A stretch of 13,204 nt of DNA, taken from Candidatus Methylomirabilia bacterium. GTDB lineage: Bacteria > Methylomirabilota > Methylomirabilia > Rokubacteriales > CSP1-6. The translations under genes were made by a program, and so were the position numbers. Below the pieces are notes generated by a model. The model was given only the letters and a program-made list of their open reading frames with translations. It made no database searches and was not told where the DNA came from. Positions 1 through 6,640 of the stretch are shown here, piece by piece. The stretch spans positions 1-13,204 of the forward strand of contig JBGPXN010000124.1 of the NCBI GenBank assembly GCA_041492755.1, written 5' to 3'. Within the stretch, counting starts at the first letter, position 1; each line of letters starts with the position of its first letter.

Positions 1-2
1 AA

Positions 3-1001
3 GGCACCGGCATCGGCCCCTACGAGGGCGCCCACGTGCGCGTGGAGCCGAGCGGCCGCGTGCTGGTGGCGACCGGTCTCACGACGCAGGGCCAGGGGCA
101 CGCGACGACGTTCGCGCAGATCGCCGCCGACGCGCTGGGCTGCGACCCGGGCGACGTGACCGTGATCACCGGCGATACCAGCCGGTTCAACTGGGGCGCG
201 GGCACGTTCGCCAGTCGGGCCCTGGTCACCAGCGGCAACGCCATCGCCATCGCCGCGGACAAGGTGCGCCAGAAGATGCTGAGGATCGCGGCGGAGTTGC
301 TCGAGGTTGCGACGGGCGATCTGGAAGTCTCGGACGGCGCCGTCCGGGTGCGTGGCGCGCCGACGGCCGCGCTGACGCTGGGCGCGCTCGCCACCGTGGC
401 CAATCCGATCCGCTACGCCTACGGCAAGGACGCCACCGACGCCGCGCTCCGGCTCGTCAAGCCGCGGCCGGGGGCCGTCCTCGCGCCCGACGAGGAGCCC
501 GGGCTGGAGGCGCGCGGCTACTACGCGCCCCCGCAGGCCACGTTCGCCAGCGGCTGTCACGCCGCGATCGTCGAGGTGGATGTGGCCACCGGCAACGTCA
601 CCATCCTCCAGTACGTGGTGCACCACGACTGCGGCCGGATGATCAACCCGAGCATCGTCGAGGGGCAGATCCGCGGCGGGGTGGCCCAGGGAATCGGCGG
701 CGCGTTCTACGAGCGCATCGCGTACGATGCGGACGGCCAGCCGTTGAGCACGACGTTCATGGACTTCCTCGTGCCCAGCGCCATGGAGGTCCCGGCGATC
801 GAGATCGTGCACACGGAAACGCCGTCGCCGCTCAACGCGCTGGGCGTCAAGGGCGTCGGCGAGGCCGGGGCCATTCCGGGGCCGGCGCTCATCGCCGAGG
901 CGGTCGACGACGCGCTCGCGCCGTTCGGGGTGCGCGTGCGCGAGATGCCGCTCGATCCCGCCCGCGTGCGCGCGCTGATTGCCGCGGCACGGTCGGCATG
1001 A
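3..1001 (+). CDS. Xanthine dehydrogenase/CoxL-family molybdopterin-binding large subunit, C-terminal part (5' end outside the window)
   Basis: The frame is open from base 3 (GTGIGPYEGAHVRVEPSG). Family motifs: GLTTQGQGHATTFAQIAAD, GDT..GAGTFASR, HDCGRMINPSIVEGQIRGGVAQGIGGA and KGVGEAG (catalytic Glu). TGA at 999-1001. Confidence 0.93.
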   Translation, partial: GTGIGPYEGAHVRVEPSGRVLVATGLTTQGQGHATTFAQIAADALGCDPGDVTVITGDTSRFNWGAGTFASRALVTSGNAIAIAADKVRQKMLRIAAELLEVATGDLEVSDGAVRVRGAPTAALTLGALATVANPIRYAYGKDATDAALRLVKPRPGAVLAPDEEPGLEARGYYAPPQATFASGCHAAIVEVDVATGNVTILQYVVHHDCGRMINPSIVEGQIRGGVAQGIGGAFYERIAYDADGQPLSTTFMDFLVPSAMEVPAIEIVHTETPSPLNALGVKGVGEAGAIPGPALIAEAVDDALAPFGVRVREMPLDPARVRALIAAARSA

Positions 1002-1074
1002 CTCGATTGATGGCGGGGCGCTGAGAAGGCGAACGCACCGGCCGCGGGCCGTGGACTTTCGAGAGGAGATCGTC

Positions 1075-2178
1075 ATGCACTGCCAGGCTTTCAAGGTTCC
1101 GATGGGCGCGCCGGACGACGTGAGCGCGGCCGCCAAGCTCCTGGACGGCGGCGCGTTCCGGGCCGAGCACGTGGTGGCCATTCTCGGCAAGACCGAGGGC
1201 AACGGCGCGGTCAACGACTACACCCGCGCCCTCGCCACCTTGTCGTTCCAGATGCTGCTGGCGAGCCGCGCGGGGAGGCCGCTCGAGGAGATCGCCCGGC
1301 GCGTGCCGATCATCTGGTCGGGCGGCACCGAGGGGCTCATGAGCCCGCACGCCACCATCTTCACGCGTGAGCCCGACCGCGGCACGCCGGGCGGTGAGAA
1401 GCGGTTCACGCTGGGCACGGCGTACACGCGGGACCTCCTGCCCGAGGAGTTCGGAACCAAGGTCCACGCCCAGGTGGCCGCCGAGGGCGTCCGGGCGGCG
1501 ATTGCCGACGCCGACATTGCGGACCCCGGCGACATCCACTTCGTCCAGGTCAAGACGGGCGTGCTCACGACCGAGCGGATCAAGGCGGCGCGCCAGCGGG
1601 GCCGCGCGGTGGTCACGACCGATACCTACAAGTCGATGGCCTATGCGCGCGCGGTGGCCGCGCTCGGGGTCGGGGCCGCCACCGGTGAGATCCCGGCTGA
1701 CCAGCTGACCGACGAGATCATCGACCACGACTTCTCCGTGTTCTCCAACGTCGCCTCGACCTCGTCGGGGGTGGAGCTGATGAACTGCGAGATCATCGTG
1801 CTCGGCAACTCCCGCCGCGCGACGAGCGATCTGGTGATCGCGCACGCGGTCATGCGCGACGCCATCGACGCCGTCGCCGTCCGCGACGCGCTCCGGCAGG
1901 CGGGGCTGTCGGTGGACTGCGAGCTGCGCGAGACGGACCGTGGCCGCCTGGTGAACGTCTTCGCCAAGTGTGAGCCCGATGGCTCCGGCGCCACCCGGGG
2001 CCGGCGCCACGTGATGTTCGAGGACGGCGACATCAACTACACGCGCCACATCCGCGGGGTGGTGAACGCGGTGATCGCCTCGGTCACCGGGGACACCATG
2101 TGCTACGTCTCGGCCGGCGCCGAGCACCAGGGCCCGCCCGGCGGCGGCGTCGTGGCCGTGCTCGCCCGCGTCCGTTAG
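1075..2178 (+). CDS. Ring-opening amidohydrolase of the cyanuric acid hydrolase (AtzD)/barbiturase family, 367 aa
   Basis: GAGAGGAG RBS at 1061-1068 precedes ATG 1075. Family motifs: GKTEGNGAVNDYTR, WSGGTEG, VQVK, ASTSSGVEL and C-terminal YVSAGAEHQGPPGGG. Confidence 0.93.
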   Translation: MHCQAFKVPMGAPDDVSAAAKLLDGGAFRAEHVVAILGKTEGNGAVNDYTRALATLSFQMLLASRAGRPLEEIARRVPIIWSGGTEGLMSPHATIFTREPDRGTPGGEKRFTLGTAYTRDLLPEEFGTKVHAQVAAEGVRAAIADADIADPGDIHFVQVKTGVLTTERIKAARQRGRAVVTTDTYKSMAYARAVAALGVGAATGEIPADQLTDEIIDHDFSVFSNVASTSSGVELMNCEIIVLGNSRRATSDLVIAHAVMRDAIDAVAVRDALRQAGLSVDCELRETDRGRLVNVFAKCEPDGSGATRGRRHVMFEDGDINYTRHIRGVVNAVIASVTGDTMCYVSAGAEHQGPPGGGVVAVLARVR

Positions 2179-2414
2179 CCTGCACTATTCGTGAACGCGC
2201 GACGCGTTCGCCGACCGGGGGGCACGGGCGGAGATGGGGGGATGGGGTCCGGGTGACCCATTTCCCGCCACGCGAGACGACGACATCGCCGTATGGAATG
2301 GGAACGGCTCGCCGGTGATCGGTACGCCGTCGGCTGTGGTCAGAGGACCCCGTCCCCCCATCTCCGCCCGTGCCCCCGGTCGATCGCGGTGTGCGCGTTC
2401 ACGAATAGTCCAGG
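2179..2414. repeat. Element with ~70-bp imperfect terminal inverted repeats around a 94-bp core (MITE/REPIN-like or structured RNA)
   Basis: Left arm 2179-2250 is the reverse complement of right arm 2345-2414. It includes a perfect 17-bp block (2184-2200 with 2393-2409) and a 33-bp block (2218-2250 with 2345-2377) with one T.G wobble. Confidence 0.88.
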
Positions 2415-2460
2415 GTCGGATGCAGCGATGCGGCGCAAATCCTCGGTGGCCCCGCCCGGG

Positions 2461-2479
2461 ACGCGGCATAATGCCGCGT
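2461..2479. promoter_or_regulatory. Perfect 9-1-9 palindrome overlapping a CATAAT -10-like hexamer; candidate operator/promoter
   Basis: ACGCGGCAT-A-ATGCCGCGT, with CATAAT at 2467-2472, upstream of the 2510-4492 gene run. Confidence 0.4.
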
Positions 2480-2509
2480 GGCCGACAGCGTCGCGGGCGG
2501 GGGCGAACG

Positions 2510-2878
2510 GTGAAGACGAGAGCACTTCTCCTGGGATTGCTGACCCTCCTGGGCACGGAGCTCGCCCGCGCGCAGGGTCTCGGGCCGGCGCCGTCATCCT
2601 TCCGAGTGGAATGGGAGCGCCGGACGGGGTTCTGGCGACCCGCGGTCGAGGGGTACGTCTACAACGAGTCGGACTATCGCATCGGCAACGTCCGCCTGCG
2701 CGTCACGGTTCTCGACGACGCGGGCAAGCCGCTCACCGAGAAGTCCGGGTGGGTCTACGGCGCCATCGACGCACGGGGCCGCGGTCACTTCGTGCTGCCG
2801 CTTCCAGAGTCCGGCCAGACGTACAAGATCGCGGTCGATTCGTTCGATCTGCTGGCGCGCCAGGCCCAGACTCAGTAA
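2510..2878 (+). CDS. Exported hypothetical protein, FxLYD-like Ig-fold domain
   Basis: GTG 2510 (ATG 2471 is an alternative start) begins a signal peptide KTRALLLGLLTLLGTELARA-Q. The pattern VEGYVYNES...VRLRVTVLDDAGKPL resembles FxLYD-domain proteins. Confidence 0.72.
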   Translation: MKTRALLLGLLTLLGTELARAQGLGPAPSSFRVEWERRTGFWRPAVEGYVYNESDYRIGNVRLRVTVLDDAGKPLTEKSGWVYGAIDARGRGHFVLPLPESGQTYKIAVDSFDLLARQAQTQ

Positions 2879-2891
2879 CGCGCAGTAGGCC

Positions 2892-4085
2892 ATGCTCTCC
2901 ACCATTCCCGAGATCCTCGACGACCTCCGCGCGGGGCGGCCGATCGTGCTCATCGACGACGAGGACCGCGAAAACGAGGGCGACCTCGTGTGCGCGGCCG
3001 AACGGATCACCCCCGAGATCATCAACTTCATGACCCGGCACACGCCCGGCTATCTCTGTGTGGCCCTCACCGCGGTCGACTGCGATCGACTGGAGCTGCA
3101 TCCGCAGACGACGACGAACACCGCGCTGCGGGGCACCGCGATGGCGGTGTCCGTCGACGGGCATCCGCGGCATGGCGTCGGCACCGGCATCTCGGCGTCC
3201 GATCGCGCCCGCACGGCGCGGCTGCTCGGCGATCCCGCCAGCCGTCCCGACGATCTCGTGCGGCCCGGGCACATGGTGCCGTTGCGCGCGCGTGATGGCG
3301 GCGTGCTCGTGCGGACGGGGCAAACGGAAGGATCGGTCGACCTCATGCGGCTGGCCGGGCTGCACCCGGCCGCGGTCATCAGCGAGGTGTGCCGCGAGGA
3401 CGGCGAGATGGCCCGCATGCCGGAGCTCGAGACGTTCGTGCAGGAGCACGGCTTTCGCATCTGCTCGGTCGAGCAGATCATCCACTACCGCCTCGGTCGC
3501 GAACGGCTCGTCCAGCGTCTGTTGCCGCAGGAGGGCATCGTGGTCGATACCGATCACGGCCGGTTCAACGTGATCGCGTACCGCAGCGTGGTCGATCGCC
3601 TGCCGCAGCTGGCGTTCTGCGTGGGCGAGGTGGGACGGCTCGACCCGTCCGGCCACCCGATCACCACCCACGAGGCGACGCTGATTCGGATGCACCGGCG
3701 CGACCTGCTCGGCGACGTATTCGGCGACAAATCGCATCCGTCCAACCAGGTCCTGGCCGCGTCGCTCCGGCGTATTCAGACGGAAGGCCACGGCGTCCTG
3801 GTGTACCTGAGATCCGAAGGGTTCGACGACGGCGTGCCGCCGGCGCTCCGGACCTGGATCTATCCGGCGTGGGCCGCGGCCGGTGGCGAGGCCGATCTGA
3901 CCAGCGCCGCGGGGACCGGCGCGCGGGCGATGCCGATGGACCAGCGCGACTTCGGTATCGGTGGGCAGATCCTCCGCGATCTCGGTCTCACGCGCCTGCG
4001 CGTGCTCACCAACAACCCGAAGCGGCTCCACAACCTGCAGGCGTTCGGTCTCGAGGTCGTGGAGTCCGTGCCGATCGAGCTGTAG
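2892..4085 (+). CDS. ribB: 3,4-dihydroxy-2-butanone-4-phosphate synthase fused to a degenerate GTP cyclohydrolase II domain (RibBX-type)
   Basis: RibB motifs DDEDRENEGDL, GISASDRART, RPGH and RTGQTEGSVDL. The C-terminal domain keeps RDFGIGGQILRDLG and LTNNP but has RMHRRDLLGDVFG in place of the Zn-binding RxHSECxTGD..SxRCDC. Confidence 0.9.
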   Translation: MLSTIPEILDDLRAGRPIVLIDDEDRENEGDLVCAAERITPEIINFMTRHTPGYLCVALTAVDCDRLELHPQTTTNTALRGTAMAVSVDGHPRHGVGTGISASDRARTARLLGDPASRPDDLVRPGHMVPLRARDGGVLVRTGQTEGSVDLMRLAGLHPAAVISEVCREDGEMARMPELETFVQEHGFRICSVEQIIHYRLGRERLVQRLLPQEGIVVDTDHGRFNVIAYRSVVDRLPQLAFCVGEVGRLDPSGHPITTHEATLIRMHRRDLLGDVFGDKSHPSNQVLAASLRRIQTEGHGVLVYLRSEGFDDGVPPALRTWIYPAWAAAGGEADLTSAAGTGARAMPMDQRDFGIGGQILRDLGLTRLRVLTNNPKRLHNLQAFGLEVVESVPIEL

Positions 4086-4090
4086 CGCCG

Positions 4091-4492
4091 ATGCGCCGGG
4101 CCGTGGCGCTCCGGACCATCCTGGCCCTCGTCGTGCTGGCCGGGTGCGCGAGCGTGAAAGACGTGCAGCCCGGCCCGGGCGCGAGCGAGACGTTCAGCGG
4201 CCGCGGTTACGACGACGTCTGGGCCGCCGCCATCCGCGTGGCGAGCGAGCACTTCAAGATCACGGACAGCGACAAGACGCGCGGCATGATCCACGCCGAA
4301 CGTGAGGTCCAGCTGACCTCGTTGGGTGAGTACGTCGGCATCTTCATCACGCCCTTCACCCCGGGAGCGGGGAGCTATCGCGTCGAGGTCGTGAGCCGAA
4401 AAAAGTTCGCGACGCAGCTGAGTGGGCAGAACTGGGAGACGAGAATCCTGCGCGACATGCGCGACCTCCTCGCCGGCCGCCCCGGCCGCTGA
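4091..4492 (+). CDS. Lipoprotein of unknown function, 133 aa
   Basis: ATG 4091 lies 5 nt after the ribB stop. Basic N-terminus, hydrophobic stretch and LAGC lipobox. The YDDVWAAA...ITDSDKTRGMI pattern recalls BamC/NlpB-like lipoprotein domains. Confidence 0.82.
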   Translation: MRRAVALRTILALVVLAGCASVKDVQPGPGASETFSGRGYDDVWAAAIRVASEHFKITDSDKTRGMIHAEREVQLTSLGEYVGIFITPFTPGAGSYRVEVVSRKKFATQLSGQNWETRILRDMRDLLAGRPGR

Positions 4493-4510
4493 AAAAGGGT
4501 CATCTGCGTG

Positions 4511-4615
4511 GAGCTGGTTGCCGATCATGGTGAGGACGGGTTCGTCGCGTTGATTGAGCGTCGTGAGTTTCATCTTCACGATGTCGCGATCGGGCTTCAT
4601 TGATACCATCTCCAC
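4511..4615 (-). pseudogene. C-terminal remnant of a MaoC-like (hotdog-fold) dehydratase
   Basis: The minus strand reads VEMVSMKPDRDIVKMKLTTLNQRDEPVLTMIGNQL, matching the KPDRGIV...T.NQRGE.V tail of MaoC dehydratases. No N-terminal part is present and no stop falls at the expected place. Confidence 0.65.
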
Positions 4616-4636
4616 CCCGTCTCGCCGGCGGGATCG

Positions 4637-4707
4637 TGCTAAACTGAGCATCTCGCTCGCCCGGCGAGTGGGCCTCCTGGGTCAAGGGGAGGACAAGGAG
4701 GCCCGAC
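4637..4707 (+). promoter_or_regulatory. Extended -10 promoter (TGcTAAACT) and structured 5' UTR with an anti-Shine-Dalgarno stem
   Basis: TGCTAAACT at 4637-4645; hairpin at 4652-4672. GGGCCTCCT (4670-4678) is the exact reverse complement of AGGAGGCCC (4696-4704), which contains the SD for ATG 4708. Confidence 0.55.
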
Positions 4708-4926
4708 ATGAACGTGATCGCATTCTCGACCCCGTCGTTGCCCGATTGGCGCTGGCGCATCGTCAACTATGCCGGCGAGATGGTCGAAGAATCCGCCCGG
4801 GTGTTTCCTTCCATCGCGACCGCGTGCGCGGAGGGCGGGCGCCGGTTGCGCGAGTTGGGCGACGAGCCGCTGCCCATCCGATCCAACCCGTTTCGCCGCA
4901 CGACCTCGCACCTGCGCAATCGATGA
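4708..4926 (+). CDS. Small hypothetical protein, 72 aa, with a YegP/DUF1508-like pattern
   Basis: Strong AAGGAGG SD. The sequence WRWRIVNYAGEMVEES..F.SI..A...G resembles YegP-like domains. The stop overlaps the next start (ATGA at 4923-4926). Confidence 0.75.
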   Translation: MNVIAFSTPSLPDWRWRIVNYAGEMVEESARVFPSIATACAEGGRRLRELGDEPLPIRSNPFRRTTSHLRNR

Positions 4927-5201
4927 CGGTAACCAACGACCGTCGCATGTTCGCCCCGCTGCGTCGTGGCGAGGCGGTGTCGCCGGAGATGAAACTGGTC
5001 TACGTCCTCAGCGGTTATCACGCGGGCGCCACGGCGGCGGGCCTGGCGGGCGAGATGCTTCGCTCCGGTCTGGCCATCGGGACGGAGCTGCCGGTGACGA
5101 AGCGTGTGGGTGAGCTGCTCCAGGAGCTGGAGCAGGCTGGAAAAGTCGAGCGCATTCCGGACGGCCGGTACCGCGCCGTTCGCGGGCGCCCCACCCCTTA
5201 A
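4923..5201 (+). CDS. Small hypothetical protein, 92 aa, with a winged-helix-like C-terminus
   Basis: ATGA translational coupling with the upstream ORF. The C-terminal VGELLQELEQAGKVERIPDGRYRAV fits a recognition helix plus wing. Confidence 0.68.
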   Translation: MTVTNDRRMFAPLRRGEAVSPEMKLVYVLSGYHAGATAAGLAGEMLRSGLAIGTELPVTKRVGELLQELEQAGKVERIPDGRYRAVRGRPTP

Positions 5202-5242
5202 CCGCCACTTCGGGCGTGACGCCGGCGCGGCGGGACCGGATG

Positions 5243-5255
5243 TAGAATCGGGTCC
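5243..5255 (+). promoter_or_regulatory. -10 element for a probable leaderless transcript
   Basis: TAGAAT (5243-5248) lies 7 nt before ATG 5256, with no SD. Confidence 0.55.
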
Positions 5256-6320
5256 ATGCGCTGCGCGCCCGTCGGTCTTCTTGCCTTGCCGCTGCTGGCC
5301 GTTCTGGCCGGCGGTGCCCCGGCGGCGGCCGAGGTGGTGCTGCCGGCCGGCTTCAACACCGAGCTCTACGTCGGCGGCGCCGGGTTCGAGGTGGCCGAGG
5401 GGCGCACCGCGCGCGGAATCCCCTCGGTGTCCACGCTGGCCTTCGACCATCAGGGCATCCTCTATCTCGCCCGCACCGGCCGCCGCTACGTCGGCGGCGA
5501 AGTCGACGACCTGTCCGCCGTGTACCGGATTCCCCTCGGCGGCGCTCGCCTCACACCAGACACCGAGTCGCGGTACCACTACGGCCCTCCGCTCCGCAAC
5601 CCTCAGATCTCGACGATGCGCGCCGGCCGCGACCTCCTCGTGAGCACGTTCGATCGGGACCGACAGGTCGGAGTGCTGTACCAGATGCTCGGCGGACGCG
5701 CCGAGATGTTCGCCGGCGGCACGCCCCCCCGCGGTGAAGCGCCGCTGCTCAAGCAGCCCGAAGGCGCCGCCGTCGATGCGGCCGGCAATGTCTACGTGGC
5801 CGATCGCGGCCACGGCGTGATCGTCCGGCTCGATCCCAGCGGTCGCGTCATCGATCCCCGCTGGGTCACGCTCTCGCGTCCGCGGGTGCTCCAGATGGAT
5901 GAAGGCGGCCACCTCTGGGTCGGCGGCGACGGCACGGCCGATGCCCCATGGCAGCGGGGCCCGGGCGAGATCTGGAGGGTCGCGCCGGACGGCACGCCGG
6001 CGTTGATCGTGCGCGGCATCATGCCGGCGGCGATGGCGTTCGGGCCTCGCGGCGAGCTCGTAGTCGCCGACCGGGCCGCCGCGAAGATCTATCTGATCGG
6101 CGCCGACGGCAAGAAGGTGGAGTTCATCAGCTTCACCGACGGCGACGCGCCGCGCGGCATCTGCTTCGCGCCGGTGACCGCGGAGACCAAGCGCGCCGGC
6201 ATCGCGGGGGATCTGTTCATCGTCGCCATCTCGCGCGGCGCCTGGCCCGTGAACGAAGTCCTGCGCGTCACTGGTCCACTCGAGGAGTTCGCGCGCAGGC
6301 ACGGCGCCGGCAGCCCCTGA
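5256..6320 (+). CDS. Secreted NHL-repeat/beta-propeller protein, 354 aa
   Basis: Signal peptide (LLALPLLAVLAGGAPAAA-E). NHL-type blades include LKQPEGAAVDAAGNVYVAD, PAAMAFGPRGELVVAD and PRGICFAP. Confidence 0.85.
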   Translation: MRCAPVGLLALPLLAVLAGGAPAAAEVVLPAGFNTELYVGGAGFEVAEGRTARGIPSVSTLAFDHQGILYLARTGRRYVGGEVDDLSAVYRIPLGGARLTPDTESRYHYGPPLRNPQISTMRAGRDLLVSTFDRDRQVGVLYQMLGGRAEMFAGGTPPRGEAPLLKQPEGAAVDAAGNVYVADRGHGVIVRLDPSGRVIDPRWVTLSRPRVLQMDEGGHLWVGGDGTADAPWQRGPGEIWRVAPDGTPALIVRGIMPAAMAFGPRGELVVADRAAAKIYLIGADGKKVEFISFTDGDAPRGICFAPVTAETKRAGIAGDLFIVAISRGAWPVNEVLRVTGPLEEFARRHGAGSP

Positions 6321-6356
6321 CCTCCGGCGCGCGGCGCCAACCCGCGGTTCGCGCGC

Positions 6357-6599
6357 TCAGCCGGCCTGGCGCTCCTCTTCCCAGAGCACCCGGCAGCGGG
6401 GATGGAAGAACAGGTGACCGGGCGCGGTATCGATCTCCACTTCCACCTCGATCTCGATCTCGGCGTCCGAGATGATCGCGTCGCAGGCCGCACATTGCCG
6501 ACGGGTGCCGCGCCCGCCCCAGACCTTTTGCGGAGGTTTACGCGGAAGCATGCCCGCCGTCAATCGTTCCCTGATCTTCGCTCGCAACGTCTCTTCCAT
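6357..6599 (-). CDS. Small putative zinc-binding protein (CxxC...HxxC), 80 aa
   Basis: CAAC and HPRC motifs in the context LP...KVWGGRG...C..C...I...E.E...FH..C...W. Confidence 0.75.
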   Translation of the reverse strand: MEETLRAKIRERLTAGMLPRKPPQKVWGGRGTRRQCAACDAIISDAEIEIEVEVEIDTAPGHLFFHPRCRVLWEEERQAG

Positions 6600-6640
6600 G
6601 TGCGCCCCGCGTGGGAAGGATGAAGAGCGGACAGCATTAC

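Noticed and set aside
3..1001. Calling the Mo-hydroxylase a true aerobic CO dehydrogenase (coxL form I)
   Set aside because: The diagnostic AYxCSFR loop lies upstream of the window, so the substrate cannot be assigned.
1012..1060. GGGGCGCTGAGA resembling the start of a TPP riboswitch
   Set aside because: The downstream CCTGA...TAAT...GCG.AGG core is absent. No TPP aptamer is visible upstream of the ThDP-enzyme remnant either.
2179..2414. Autonomous insertion sequence
   Set aside because: It is too short, has no transposase ORF and shows no target-site duplication.
2179..2510. FMN riboswitch upstream of the ribB-containing gene run
   Set aside because: No AGGGC.GGGTGAAA.TCCC.ACCG-type RFN core is visible, and the structure is better explained as a long inverted repeat.
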